Below the pieces are notes generated by a model. The model saw nothing but the letters and a program-made list of their open reading frames with translations, made no database searches and had not been told where the DNA came from. From the NCBI GenBank assembly GCA_024403555.1, contig JAKSRP010000004.1:8888-72887 (forward strand): a stretch of 64,000 nt of DNA, in the 5' to 3' direction. Made by a program: the position numbers and the translations under genes. The stretch is from Lachnospiraceae bacterium (lineage in GTDB: Bacteria > Bacillota > Clostridia > Lachnospirales > Lachnospiraceae). Below are positions 22,611 through 32,686 of this stretch, piece after piece (the stretch's first letter is position 1; every line of letters starts with the position of its first letter).

Positions 22611-25600
22611 CTACTTAAACCAAGGTTCCATGAGAGAATCAATGATATATTCTGTTTCGTCATACTTTTTCATCAGTCCATAAACGCCTGGGTCCATGAC
22701 CATGGAAGTAATTTCATTGATCTTATGGAACTTTGTTCCCACTGATTTGATGTGGTCTCGCTCCACAATCAGTGATTTTCTATTCTTACGGTCATCTCCT
22801 TCTAAAGTCACGAATAAATCCGGACGTTCATCTGCAAATAAACGCAGACTGCTGATATAGATGCCGTCTAAAATCTCATACATTGGTACTCGTTTGATGT
22901 CTCCACCACGTTTAAACTGAATATGCAGTGATGGATTTGCACCACTTCTGCCACGATACGTTACATAAGTAAGTGCATAGAGTACCTTTGGAAGTTCTGC
23001 TTTCCCTTCGTATTTTAAGAAGAAGGAGAGACTTACATTGTCTAATACCAGTTCTTCAATCATATCTTCTACTAAAGCTTTTATCTCTTCGCTTAAGCTT
23101 TCTGCTTTTGAATAATAATGAAGGAAAGCGAGTACTCCGGCTAATTTTGTCCAACCAAAGTCTTTATAAAACGCTGCCAGATAATTAAAAAATGCTTCCG
23201 GCAGGTTCTTACCGTTGTTAAAATACCATCTTCCAAAGCGGTCAATCACCTTTTCAACAAAGGATAAATCCTTTCGTTCAAGCCCCGCATAGAACAGAAA
23301 AACATCTAACATTTCTTCTTCCTTGCCACCATTTTGTGCAAAGGTCTTTAAAAGTTTTTCTGTGTAGGAGATGGAATAATAGTCCTTTTCTCTGCCGTTG
23401 TGCCAGAGAGCTAATGCGTAATCCGCTTCAGGGTCTGCAAATTTTTGCATATACTGAAGGATATCCACATTGACCATATCTTCTCTGGTCAGTTTTCCAC
23501 AGATATTTAAAAGGAACTGTGATTTCTGGCTATGAATCATCTTTTTAAAGTACACTGCCACTTCTAATAAAAGTTTTGAGTCTACCTGCTCATAACCATA
23601 AGTTTCTAATCCCTTAATCGCCTCATCGTAGAGCTTCTGTGTAATAAAATACTCAATGATAGCAGTACGGTTCTTCGCCTGAATCTTGTCCCAGCGAACC
23701 TGTTTTAAGAGACTTTCTAATTTATTATAATCCTGTGCTTCATAGTAGAAATTCAGCAACAGTTCCAAAATCAGTTCTTTTGCTTCTTCGCTTAAGAACT
23801 GAAGATCAAGTAACTGTCCAGCCACAGGGATTTCTTCTTTCTTTAATTTATTCTTGCTCACATAGTCATTGGCTACTTTTAAGAGAAGCTTTTCGTGATA
23901 AGGATTTAATTCAAAGCAACGTTCAAAATACTGCTGCTCTTTCCAAAGCTTTTCCATCTTCCACTCAATGCAGCCAAGATGTGGATCTTTTTGCTCATCT
24001 AAAAAGTAACAGATTGCATTTACAGAATAAATATCCGGATAAGCAATTCCATCTTCTAAATGATAAAGGTCTGCCTGTTCCTTCTCAAAATGCTTCACCA
24101 CGAGATATTTCATATTTTTATTCGTGCAGGTTACTTTCTGTTTAAATAAAATTTCGGGTACCGCAACAAGTCCCGCTGCCATATCTGCAATGTCCGGCAG
24201 ATATTTCTGATACAGATAGCAGGTTGCATCATTCATAACCGCCTGGTCCATCATCTTTATGGTCTCATAATGAACCTTCTGCAAATATGATGCCGCCATA
24301 GCTCCATAACTGTCACGGTTGATCTTCGCATTTGCATAAAGATATGCCTGTTCTTCCGGTGATAAGTTGCTGCTATAGGAAAAATAATGCAGCACAGATG
24401 GATTCAATGGTTCATAGCTTTTTTTGTTAACCGTATGGATGTAGGCTTCAAAAAGTCCTTCCATCTTAAGATCTTCCACGATTGCTTTTTCAAAATAGTG
24501 ATGATAGCGAGTATCCCACTGACCGGTACGAAGAATGGATTTACAGATGCTCTGTAAATATTCCGGTTCCGGATATTTCTCATAAATCTTTTCTAATAAG
24601 TAGAAGCCATCTCCGATAAAGCTGTCCACTCTTCGAAGGACTCTAGAGAACTGATCATACACTTCCTTGGATAAAATTCCTTTATCAAGGCCGTATCGAA
24701 CCAGATATAATGTGAAGGAATCGATTGCCTTTAAGGCAAGTGGATTACGATTCCAGATTCCACACACTTCGTATTTTAAATATTCTGGAAGAGCCTGTTT
24801 TGCCTCTAATTCACGAATAGCAAAAAGCTGTTTCTTGCCAGAATAAACCAGTTCTTCATCGAGATATAACAGCATCCATAAAAGCTCTGCTTCGCATTTT
24901 CCTTTTTTCTTTAACTCTTTGATTTGATCCACAGAAGACTTGATCGTCAATGGATTGTGGTCATAGAGTGCCAGCAAATAATTATGAAAAGCTTCTTCAA
25001 ATAAATAATCATCGGTTGGCTCTTTTTCTGGTTTTCCAACAACTTTTAAATAAATTTCATCTAACTCAGCCATACGGACAATCCAAGGAGCTGTCTCATG
25101 AATGAGCGCAATCATCTGTTCCGCTTTTGTGCGGTCTGCTGCAAGAATTGCCATCTGAAGGCGGAATAATTCAGCCTTCATGGATTTATCATCTGCTAAA
25201 ACATCTTCTGTACGCTGTCTGTATTCCTCAAATGTTCTCTTACCAAGACGAAAATCCATATAAGCGTTTATAATCTCTCGGTTCTTTGTTTCTTCTTTTG
25301 ATTCATCTTCTTTTGTTCTGACAAATCTTACGGTCTGGGTGTCATAATCTGTTTTTAAATTCAGTTCAAATGCATCAGTATCTGTTGGGAGTCTTCTAAG
25401 ATCTAAAGTAAGGTTAAATCTGTTATTCGAAAAGAATTCAGTAGTAATCAGAGTTTTCGATAATCCAACATAATAATCGGATTCTAAGGAAAGCTCTTCA
25501 TAACCCCATCCATTCATAATGAGCGTAATGGATAATTCTTCTTCTGTGCCAAACTCATAAATATCCTTCTCAGCTTCAAAAGTAACCGGATTTTTGCTTT

Positions 25601-25793
25601 TGGTATAAATCAGAAATTCTTCTAAAATCTGATTACGATTCTTGCCCTTTAAAAGTTCTTCATAGTAAGCAGGCAGAAATGTACCAGCTCCTTCTAAATA
25701 CTCTCTCTTAAAATCTGAGCCAAAGAAGATTCTTTTTGCTTCCTGTATATCATTTTTTGCGATTTCTAAAAATTCATTAAGATGCTCTTTCAT
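22611..25793 (-). CDS. DUF5717-like large helical protein
   Basis: 1060-aa ORF; GLFEAYIHT and VLHYFSY...EQAYLYAN resemble Lachnospiraceae DUF5717 proteins. Confidence 0.6.
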   Translation of the reverse strand: MKEHLNEFLEIAKNDIQEAKRIFFGSDFKREYLEGAGTFLPAYYEELLKGKNRNQILEEFLIYTKSKNPVTFEAEKDIYEFGTEEELSITLIMNGWGYEELSLESDYYVGLSKTLITTEFFSNNRFNLTLDLRRLPTDTDAFELNLKTDYDTQTVRFVRTKEDESKEETKNREIINAYMDFRLGKRTFEEYRQRTEDVLADDKSMKAELFRLQMAILAADRTKAEQMIALIHETAPWIVRMAELDEIYLKVVGKPEKEPTDDYLFEEAFHNYLLALYDHNPLTIKSSVDQIKELKKKGKCEAELLWMLLYLDEELVYSGKKQLFAIRELEAKQALPEYLKYEVCGIWNRNPLALKAIDSFTLYLVRYGLDKGILSKEVYDQFSRVLRRVDSFIGDGFYLLEKIYEKYPEPEYLQSICKSILRTGQWDTRYHHYFEKAIVEDLKMEGLFEAYIHTVNKKSYEPLNPSVLHYFSYSSNLSPEEQAYLYANAKINRDSYGAMAASYLQKVHYETIKMMDQAVMNDATCYLYQKYLPDIADMAAGLVAVPEILFKQKVTCTNKNMKYLVVKHFEKEQADLYHLEDGIAYPDIYSVNAICYFLDEQKDPHLGCIEWKMEKLWKEQQYFERCFELNPYHEKLLLKVANDYVSKNKLKKEEIPVAGQLLDLQFLSEEAKELILELLLNFYYEAQDYNKLESLLKQVRWDKIQAKNRTAIIEYFITQKLYDEAIKGLETYGYEQVDSKLLLEVAVYFKKMIHSQKSQFLLNICGKLTREDMVNVDILQYMQKFADPEADYALALWHNGREKDYYSISYTEKLLKTFAQNGGKEEEMLDVFLFYAGLERKDLSFVEKVIDRFGRWYFNNGKNLPEAFFNYLAAFYKDFGWTKLAGVLAFLHYYSKAESLSEEIKALVEDMIEELVLDNVSLSFFLKYEGKAELPKVLYALTYVTYRGRSGANPSLHIQFKRGGDIKRVPMYEILDGIYISSLRLFADERPDLFVTLEGDDRKNRKSLIVERDHIKSVGTKFHKINEITSMVMDPGVYGLMKKYDETEYIIDSLMEPWFK

Positions 25794-25997
25794 AACTGAT
25801 TGCTCCCCATTTGATGCAATTTCTAATATATTTCTACTATACTTTTTTTGTTTTTCCTACTATAATAGGAAAAGATTCGCCAAAAACATAGTTTTTTACG
25901 GACTCTTAATTTTATTATTATAGCAAATTTGAAACATCTTGTAAAATCATACAGATTAGAAGAAAAATATAGAAGCAAAATAGAAATGAGTGAAATT

Positions 25998-27095
25998 ATG
26001 AATACAGCAAAAGAACATTTTCATGGCAGCGATTTAGAAAAAGTTGAACAGATCTTTGGTATAAAAAAAGAAGACATCGTAAGCTTTGGTGCGAATGTGA
26101 ACCCACTTGGCATCTCCCCAATGCTTCGTGACAATCTCGCTTCCCACATCGATGCCATTACATCCTACCCAGACCGTGAATATACCGATCTTAGAAAAGC
26201 AATCAGCCGCTATGTCGGAGCCGATTTTAACCGCATTATGGTAGGCAATGGATCCACAGAGTTAATCGGCCTTTTTATACAGATTCAGAATCCGAAAAAG
26301 GCAATGTTGATTTCTCCTACCTACTCCGAATACGAAAGAGAAATTCTCTTATCCGGTGGAACCTGTACCTACCATTTTTTACAGGAAGAGGATGACTTTC
26401 ATCTTAATGTCGATGCACTTTTAAGCAGTCTTACTTCTGAGTACGACTTACTGATCATCTGCAATCCAAACAATCCAACCTCTACCATAATCCCTCGCCC
26501 GGATATGGACCGAATCGTAGGGACATGTAAAGAGCTTGGAATCTTTGTTTTAGTAGATGAAACCTATATTGAATTCACACAGAATATGGAAGCATTTACT
26601 TCCATTCCTTTAACGGACACTTACGATAACATGGTCATCCTTCGCGGAATTTCTAAGTTTTTTGCATCCCCTGGACTTCGTCTTGGCTATGCTATCTGCA
26701 ACAATCCTGGACTTTACGAAGAGATGTCGAAAATCAAAAATCCATGGACCATCAATTCCCTTGCTGGAGTTGCCGGAGAAATCATGTTTTCCGACGAAGC
26801 ATATATCAAGGCTTCTAAAGAATTCACGTACGAAGAACGAGCATATTGCTTAGACCGTTTAGAAAAGATGCCTTATGCAAAAGCATTTGACTCTTACGGG
26901 AACTTCATCCTGGTAAAAATCTCAAAAGATGATCTTACATCCTACGGTGTATTCGAGGCCTGCATCAAAAAAGGCTTTATGATTCGTGACTGCGCGGATT
27001 TTGCCGGACTTGATGACCACTTCATCCGTTTCTGCTTTATGGAACATGAACACAACGAAGGACTGATGGATGTGTTAGAAACTTTATTAGGATAA
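25998..27095 (+). CDS. PLP-dependent class I/II aminotransferase (CobD threonine-phosphate decarboxylase / HisC-like)
   Basis: HGS...SFGANVNPLG, YPD, GNGSTELI, CNPNNPT, DETY, SKFFASPGLRLGY; start could be 25986. Confidence 0.85.
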   Translation: MNTAKEHFHGSDLEKVEQIFGIKKEDIVSFGANVNPLGISPMLRDNLASHIDAITSYPDREYTDLRKAISRYVGADFNRIMVGNGSTELIGLFIQIQNPKKAMLISPTYSEYEREILLSGGTCTYHFLQEEDDFHLNVDALLSSLTSEYDLLIICNPNNPTSTIIPRPDMDRIVGTCKELGIFVLVDETYIEFTQNMEAFTSIPLTDTYDNMVILRGISKFFASPGLRLGYAICNNPGLYEEMSKIKNPWTINSLAGVAGEIMFSDEAYIKASKEFTYEERAYCLDRLEKMPYAKAFDSYGNFILVKISKDDLTSYGVFEACIKKGFMIRDCADFAGLDDHFIRFCFMEHEHNEGLMDVLETLLG

Positions 27096-27124
27096 AAAAT
27101 CCCTGGGCATACGCCCAGGGATTT
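27096..27124. terminator. Bidirectional terminator
   Basis: AAATCCCTGGGC-ATAC-GCCCAGGGATTT between convergent genes. Confidence 0.8.
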
Positions 27125-27127
27125 ATA

Positions 27128-28090
27128 TTATTCTTGTTCAAGAACTACTTTACAATTTGCATTTTCCTGTTCAATTTCAAAATACTCTTCATCTGTGTCA
27201 GCACTGCCATTTGGATACATATCCATATAATAGTTCTGACCTTTTTTTAATCCTCTGAATGTTAAGACATAATGATCATCTTTCATATTTTTTCCAACAT
27301 TCACTTCGCTTAAAAGATCTTCGGTTTGTGCATCATATAAAGAGACAATGTAATCTAAGCTGTTATTGAAATCTCCATCAATGGTCAACGTTACGGTTGT
27401 TGCAGAAGAAGTAAAATTAATACCTACTGCAAGATCATCCACGGTAAGGAGTTCCTGATTTGCAGAAAATTCTGTTACCGCTTCGGTAGTTTTTTCCTCC
27501 GAATAATCACCAGCTTCTGGGATTTCGTTATCATAGGTTGCAGCGCCAATCTTTCCTGCAGCACTAAGAGGCAGATAACGGAAAGCTGCTTTTCCTAAAA
27601 TTGCTTTTTTCTTTACGTATTTATCAGTCCAGAATCTAGAATCCAAAGAACAATTTCGGTTGTCCCCCATCATGAAATAACATCCCTCCGGAACATAATA
27701 TGGTCCGTAGCTGCCTTCCATTGGCTCTTTGATATAAGGTTCTTCTAAAGGTTCTTTGCTGTCATTGATAAAGACCTTTCCATTCACTACTTCAACCTTA
27801 TCTCCTGGTTCTCCAATCACACGCTTGATAAAAAGTTCATCCGGATCATCTGGATATTTAAATACGACAATATCTCCACGCTTTGGATCGTTAAACCAGT
27901 AGGAAGTACGAAGTGCAAACAGTTTATCTCCTGTCATAATTGTATTCTCCATGGATCCACTTGGAATTCTGGAATTCACAATCAGAAAATGGCTTACGAG
28001 AAATGCAAGTACAATCGCAAAGACAATGCATTTGATCCAGCTTAAGATTTCTTTTTTTACATCAATTTCTTTTTTCACTTCTTGTTCCAT
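27128..28090 (-). CDS. lepB: Signal peptidase I with C-terminal extension
   Basis: TM helix, IPSGSMENT (Ser), FIKRVIG (Lys), MGDNRNCSLDSR. Confidence 0.9.
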   Translation of the reverse strand: MEQEVKKEIDVKKEILSWIKCIVFAIVLAFLVSHFLIVNSRIPSGSMENTIMTGDKLFALRTSYWFNDPKRGDIVVFKYPDDPDELFIKRVIGEPGDKVEVVNGKVFINDSKEPLEEPYIKEPMEGSYGPYYVPEGCYFMMGDNRNCSLDSRFWTDKYVKKKAILGKAAFRYLPLSAAGKIGAATYDNEIPEAGDYSEEKTTEAVTEFSANQELLTVDDLAVGINFTSSATTVTLTIDGDFNNSLDYIVSLYDAQTEDLLSEVNVGKNMKDDHYVLTFRGLKKGQNYYMDMYPNGSADTDEEYFEIEQENANCKVVLEQE

Positions 28091-28104
28091 ATAAAACTCC
28101 TAGT

Positions 28105-29394
28105 TTATTCTTCTGCCATCGTACCCTTTAAGTGAGTGATAACCTGTTCTGCAGCTCGTCCGGAAAAACCTCCATGCGTTAATTCCCAGCGAATAGCTGC
28201 CTGCTCAATCTGTTCTTTTGGAAGATTGACGCCTTCACGCTCTGCAAGTGTATGTACGATATTTAAGAACTCTTTCTTAGCTGGTGAGCTGTAGTAGATC
28301 GTAACCCCAAAACGGGCAAACAGAGATAATTTTTCCTGTTTGGAATCATTGTTATGAAGGTCTTCGCCCATCACTCTCTGATCTTTCCATGTCTCACGAA
28401 CTAAGTGACGACGGTTAGAGGTTGCATAAATTAATACATTATCTGGCTTGATTTCAAGACCACCCTCGATGACCGCCTTTAAATATTTATAATCAAGCTC
28501 TGTTTCTTCGAAGGATAAGTCATCCATGTAAATGATAAATTTATAGTTACGGTCTTTGATCTGTGCAATCACACTGTTTAAATCTTTAAACTGATGTTTA
28601 TAGATTTCGATGATACGAAGACCGTCTTTGTAATATCTGTTTAAAATTGCCTTGATACTTGTAGATTTACCAGTACCACTTTCTCCATAAAGAAGACAGT
28701 TGTTTGCCTTTTTGCCGGCAACAAAGCTTTCTGTGTTGTCTACTAACTGCTGTTTCTGCATTTCATAGCCAACTAAATCTTCAAGCTGCACGTTAGAGCT
28801 GTTGATGATTGGAACGATTTCGGCACCATTTCCATCATTAACTACACGAAATGCTTTGTGAAGACCGAATTTACCAACACCATAATCCCCGTAAAAGTCT
28901 GTGATGATCTGAGAAATTTCATCCACAGTTGCATCTGCCATGGAGACAGCCATGGAATTCATACGTTCTCTTAAAAGTTCGTGGAAGATGATGCCACGTG
29001 CCTGAGCTGGTGCAAAATCTGAAAATAAAGCGACAAATGGTGTGCCAATGTATTCTTCCACTTTGCTCCAGTCAAAATCGATATAGTGTTTGATAATTTC
29101 CATATCATGTTTTAAAAGCTGTCCGATGGATCCTTCCATAGTTCCTTTCTTTTCACAGAATTTGCTATAGGAATTTTCATCGGAAGTTAATAAATAAGCA
29201 ATATATACATGCCATAAATTGCCCTTAAACCCTCTTTTCTGAGCAGTTTCTACAAGGCCTGCGATGCCATCAAACACAAGTGTTCCAACTTCTGTCTGAT
29301 CCATCTCTTCATAGTGGTCAATTACGCGAGATAATTGGGCAAATGTTTCATCCTCGCGAAGACCTCTGTAAATAATTAATTCGTATGCGTTCAT
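28105..29394 (-). CDS. DUF815-family AAA+ ATPase
   Basis: NNCLLYGESGTGKS, YMDDLSFE, YKYLKAVIEGG, YATSNRRHLV, SGRAA. Confidence 0.85.
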   Translation of the reverse strand: MNAYELIIYRGLREDETFAQLSRVIDHYEEMDQTEVGTLVFDGIAGLVETAQKRGFKGNLWHVYIAYLLTSDENSYSKFCEKKGTMEGSIGQLLKHDMEIIKHYIDFDWSKVEEYIGTPFVALFSDFAPAQARGIIFHELLRERMNSMAVSMADATVDEISQIITDFYGDYGVGKFGLHKAFRVVNDGNGAEIVPIINSSNVQLEDLVGYEMQKQQLVDNTESFVAGKKANNCLLYGESGTGKSTSIKAILNRYYKDGLRIIEIYKHQFKDLNSVIAQIKDRNYKFIIYMDDLSFEETELDYKYLKAVIEGGLEIKPDNVLIYATSNRRHLVRETWKDQRVMGEDLHNNDSKQEKLSLFARFGVTIYYSSPAKKEFLNIVHTLAEREGVNLPKEQIEQAAIRWELTHGGFSGRAAEQVITHLKGTMAEE

Positions 29395-29451
29395 GTGATT
29401 TTATCCTCATTTCTATATTTTAGTATTTCTAATAATGCCCCTGTATTTATA

Positions 29452-30582
29452 CTAAAAATTACCCAGTATTTTAAAATCATGAACCTCTTCACGAATACCG
29501 GAGAGAGCATTTTCCACCTCTGGATCAGTCAGATTACCCTGTACGTCAATATAAAAACCATATTCCCACTGACGTCCTGGAAGTGGACGGGATTCAAGGT
29601 TTGTCATATTGACACCGTTAAACATAAAATGTCCTAAAATGCTATGAAGACTACCGATTTCATGTGGAAGGGAGAAGCTGATACTAAGCTTGCTTGCATC
29701 CTTCTTAAAAATCTTCTTTTTGGAGAAGATTACGAACCTGGTCACATTATTGGATTCATGATTGATTTCTTTCGCAAAAATTTTAAGGCCATAAAGCTTT
29801 GCTGCATATTCAGAACAGATACAAAGATGTCTCTTGTTTCCTTCTTCTTTGATTTTCTTTGCTGCAATGGCTGTATTAGCGGCTTCTGCTCTGCCCCAGT
29901 TATAAAAATCCAAAAATGGCTTGCACTGTGCAAGAGCCTGCGGATGGGAATAAACAGTGGAAACATCATCAAAATCAGTGTCTGGGAGACCCGCTAACAT
30001 ATGTTTGATGTGTACCTTTTCCTCTCCAACAACACAGACATCATGCTTTAAGAGAAGATCGTAAATTCCACTGACGGTACCATTTGAACTGTTTTCAATC
30101 GGTAAAACGCCATAATCGGCTTCCCCGTTATCAAGAGCAATTAAAACATCTTCAAATTTTGGCACAAAAAAGTTATCAATTTCCTTGCCGAAGAACTGCA
30201 TCATGGCTTCTTCCTGGTAAGCACCTGGAATGCCCTGATATACAACCTTTGTGTCATCTGTAATTGGAAGCTCTTTTACTAAAGTAAACATGTCTTTAAT
30301 ATAGTTATCAACTGGCTTGATAATGCTGTACTGATAACGTCTTCCTAGAGACATCAGCTGTAAGAACAGTTCCTGCAAAGGACGTTCAAATTTTGGTTCA
30401 TCTAAAATAGCAAGGGCACGGGAAATCTTCGCCTTTTCTCTGGCTGGATCAATGATTTCCATATCAGAATCTCTCTTTAAGAGAGCAACCTCGCCCTGAT
30501 AATTCATTCTCTGTTTGAACAACTCTATAAGCTGTTCATCTACTGCATCGATATCCTTACGAATATCCTTTAATTCTCTCAT
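29452..30582 (-). CDS. pheA: Chorismate mutase/prephenate dehydratase (P-protein)
   Basis: N-terminal CM domain (IRKDIDAVD), PIENSSNG, SHPQALAQC, NVTRF, LESRP ACT domain. Confidence 0.93.
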   Translation of the reverse strand: MRELKDIRKDIDAVDEQLIELFKQRMNYQGEVALLKRDSDMEIIDPAREKAKISRALAILDEPKFERPLQELFLQLMSLGRRYQYSIIKPVDNYIKDMFTLVKELPITDDTKVVYQGIPGAYQEEAMMQFFGKEIDNFFVPKFEDVLIALDNGEADYGVLPIENSSNGTVSGIYDLLLKHDVCVVGEEKVHIKHMLAGLPDTDFDDVSTVYSHPQALAQCKPFLDFYNWGRAEAANTAIAAKKIKEEGNKRHLCICSEYAAKLYGLKIFAKEINHESNNVTRFVIFSKKKIFKKDASKLSISFSLPHEIGSLHSILGHFMFNGVNMTNLESRPLPGRQWEYGFYIDVQGNLTDPEVENALSGIREEVHDFKILGNF

Positions 30583-30584
30583 TT

Positions 30585-31397
30585 CTATAATTCCTCTTTT
30601 AATTCCATAATGGATTTATGAAGCACGGGATGAATAAAATCCGGTGCAATCTGGCTAAGCGGACTTAATACAAAGTCACGAAGCGCAATCTCTTTATGTG
30701 GGATGATAAGATCCTTTGTATTTATGATCAAATCATCATAGAATAAAATGTCTAAATCTAAAGTTCTAGGTCCCCAGTGAATTTCACGGGTTCGATTGGC
30801 ATTTTGCTCAATGACATGAAGGGCATCTAAGAGTTCAAATGGCTGCATAACGGTGGAAAGCTCCACGCATCCATTTAAAAAGTCATCCTGCTCAACCCCA
30901 CCATATGGAGCAGTTACAAGGTAGTCGGATACATTTTCCACATTAATAAATGGATGTTCCCTCATCTCTTCTACTGCCTGATCAAGATAGGCTTTTTTAT
31001 CACCCATATTTGAGCCAATGCTTAAAAATACTTTATGGCGTTTTCTTGTAATTTCCACAGAAACCGTATCAAGCGGCAGACCTACCGGTGCCCAAGGCTT
31101 TTTAATTTCGATTTTCACCTGTAAAATCAGTGGAAACTTCATAAGAAGAATTCGGGCAACATTTTCAGCCAAATGCTCTAAAAGGGCATGAGTATGTGTG
31201 GTCGCATATTCCGTCACAATGTGACTTACTTCTGCATAGTTGACCGATCCGCTTAAGTCATCATTTAAGCAGGCCTTCATCATATCCACTTCCATTTCAA
31301 TATTAAATAGAAATTTCTGTCCTAATCGGTTTTCTTCTGGTAATACTCCGTGGTTTGCCATAACGAGCAGGTCACGGATTCTGATATAATCTGCCAT
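30585..31397 (-). CDS. folK: Bifunctional dihydroneopterin aldolase / HPPK (FolB-FolK fusion)
   Basis: HGVLPEE...GQKF, VNYAEV, KPWAP (FolB); SIGSNMGD, DFLN, WGPRTLDLDIL (FolK). Confidence 0.93.
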   Translation of the reverse strand: MADYIRIRDLLVMANHGVLPEENRLGQKFLFNIEMEVDMMKACLNDDLSGSVNYAEVSHIVTEYATTHTHALLEHLAENVARILLMKFPLILQVKIEIKKPWAPVGLPLDTVSVEITRKRHKVFLSIGSNMGDKKAYLDQAVEEMREHPFINVENVSDYLVTAPYGGVEQDDFLNGCVELSTVMQPFELLDALHVIEQNANRTREIHWGPRTLDLDILFYDDLIINTKDLIIPHKEIALRDFVLSPLSQIAPDFIHPVLHKSIMELKEEL

Positions 31398-31400
31398 ATA

Positions 31401-32210
31401 TTACTCCTGATTTAAGATTGCTTCTGTCATCTTAAGAGCACGATAATTCATCTCCACATTGTGGACACGGAAGAATCGGCATCCAGACATATAGCCCAAA
31501 ACGGTTGTAGCCATGGTTCCTTCTTCTCTCTGGTCAACCGGAAGATCTAAGGTCATGCCAATCATTCGTTTTCTGGATGTTCCAAGCAATACATCCACGC
31601 CGAAATCACAAAGTCTTCCGACTTCTTTTGTGATCAGACGATTCTGTTCTAAGGTTTTTGCAAATCCAACACCTGGATCTAACATAATTTTATCTTTTTC
31701 AATGCCAGCTTTTGCTGCCATATCCATAGTTTCTGCCAAATCAGCCATCACGTCATCCATGAAATTTTTGTAATCCATGTCGTGACGGTTATGCATAAGA
31801 CAGCAGGCAACCTTCGCATCTGCGATGACCTTTGCCATTGTGCCATCCCACTTAAGGCCCCAGACATCGTTAATCAGATGAGCACCTGCTTTAATGCCTT
31901 CAATAGCAACTGGTGATTTGTATGTATCTAAGGAAATAGTTGTATCAAAGCGGCTCTTAATTGCTTCAATTACTGGTACAACTCGCTCAATTTCTTCCTG
32001 ATCTGTAATCTTTACATGATCCGGTCTTGTGGATTCGCCACCAACATCGATGATCGCTGCACCTTCCTTAATCATCTTTTCTGTCTGAAAAAGAGCATTA
32101 TCTAAATTGTTATAGTTACCGCCATCAGAAAAGGAATCTGGAGTTACATTCAAAATTCCCATAATATATCCCTGACGGGTTGTATCAAATACTTTATTTC
32201 CAATAATCAT
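31401..32210 (-). CDS. folP: Dihydropteroate synthase
   Basis: MGILNVTPDSFSDGG, DVGGESTRP, LDPGVGF, GTSRK, RVH. Confidence 0.96.
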   Translation of the reverse strand: MIIGNKVFDTTRQGYIMGILNVTPDSFSDGGNYNNLDNALFQTEKMIKEGAAIIDVGGESTRPDHVKITDQEEIERVVPVIEAIKSRFDTTISLDTYKSPVAIEGIKAGAHLINDVWGLKWDGTMAKVIADAKVACCLMHNRHDMDYKNFMDDVMADLAETMDMAAKAGIEKDKIMLDPGVGFAKTLEQNRLITKEVGRLCDFGVDVLLGTSRKRMIGMTLDLPVDQREEGTMATTVLGYMSGCRFFRVHNVEMNYRALKMTEAILNQE

Positions 32211-32686
32211 AAGAATACTCCTGTATTTTTTTGTTCTTCCGGCCAGTTACATTCACTCTTAACCGGGCAGCTTCTGCACGGTCTTGATAATTTGTCGGCA
32301 CGGTATAAAAGCTTTTGAAAATCGTTATGATCTTCTTTGTATCGTCTATGTCCGAGAATGGCAAGAGAGATTTCTTTAATCTCTTCCTTGCTATAGCCAC
32401 AGTCTTCTAAGATGCCTTCCGCCAAAAGCGCCCCCTCAATCTCATGAGGAACTCCTCTTTCGTACTGTGCCTGCTTGCCGATATCATGAAGCAATGCTGC
32501 TCCATAAATCATATCTCGGTCAAGATCCATCTTATTTTCAAGCGCAAGAATGTATGCGATTCGAGCTACTGAGAGCAAATGCTCCCAATCGTGGCCACAA
32601 AAGGCTCTTCCCTCTTCGCATACTTTAATGCGTTCCATATATTCCTGTAATTTTTTATGCTTCGCTACCTTTTGGTATCGTTCCAT
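32207..32686 (-). CDS. HD-domain phosphohydrolase in folate operon
   Basis: H...H, LLHDIGK, H, HR, ADK pattern; overlaps folC and folP. Confidence 0.85.
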   Translation of the reverse strand: MERYQKVAKHKKLQEYMERIKVCEEGRAFCGHDWEHLLSVARIAYILALENKMDLDRDMIYGAALLHDIGKQAQYERGVPHEIEGALLAEGILEDCGYSKEEIKEISLAILGHRRYKEDHNDFQKLLYRADKLSRPCRSCPVKSECNWPEEQKNTGVFL

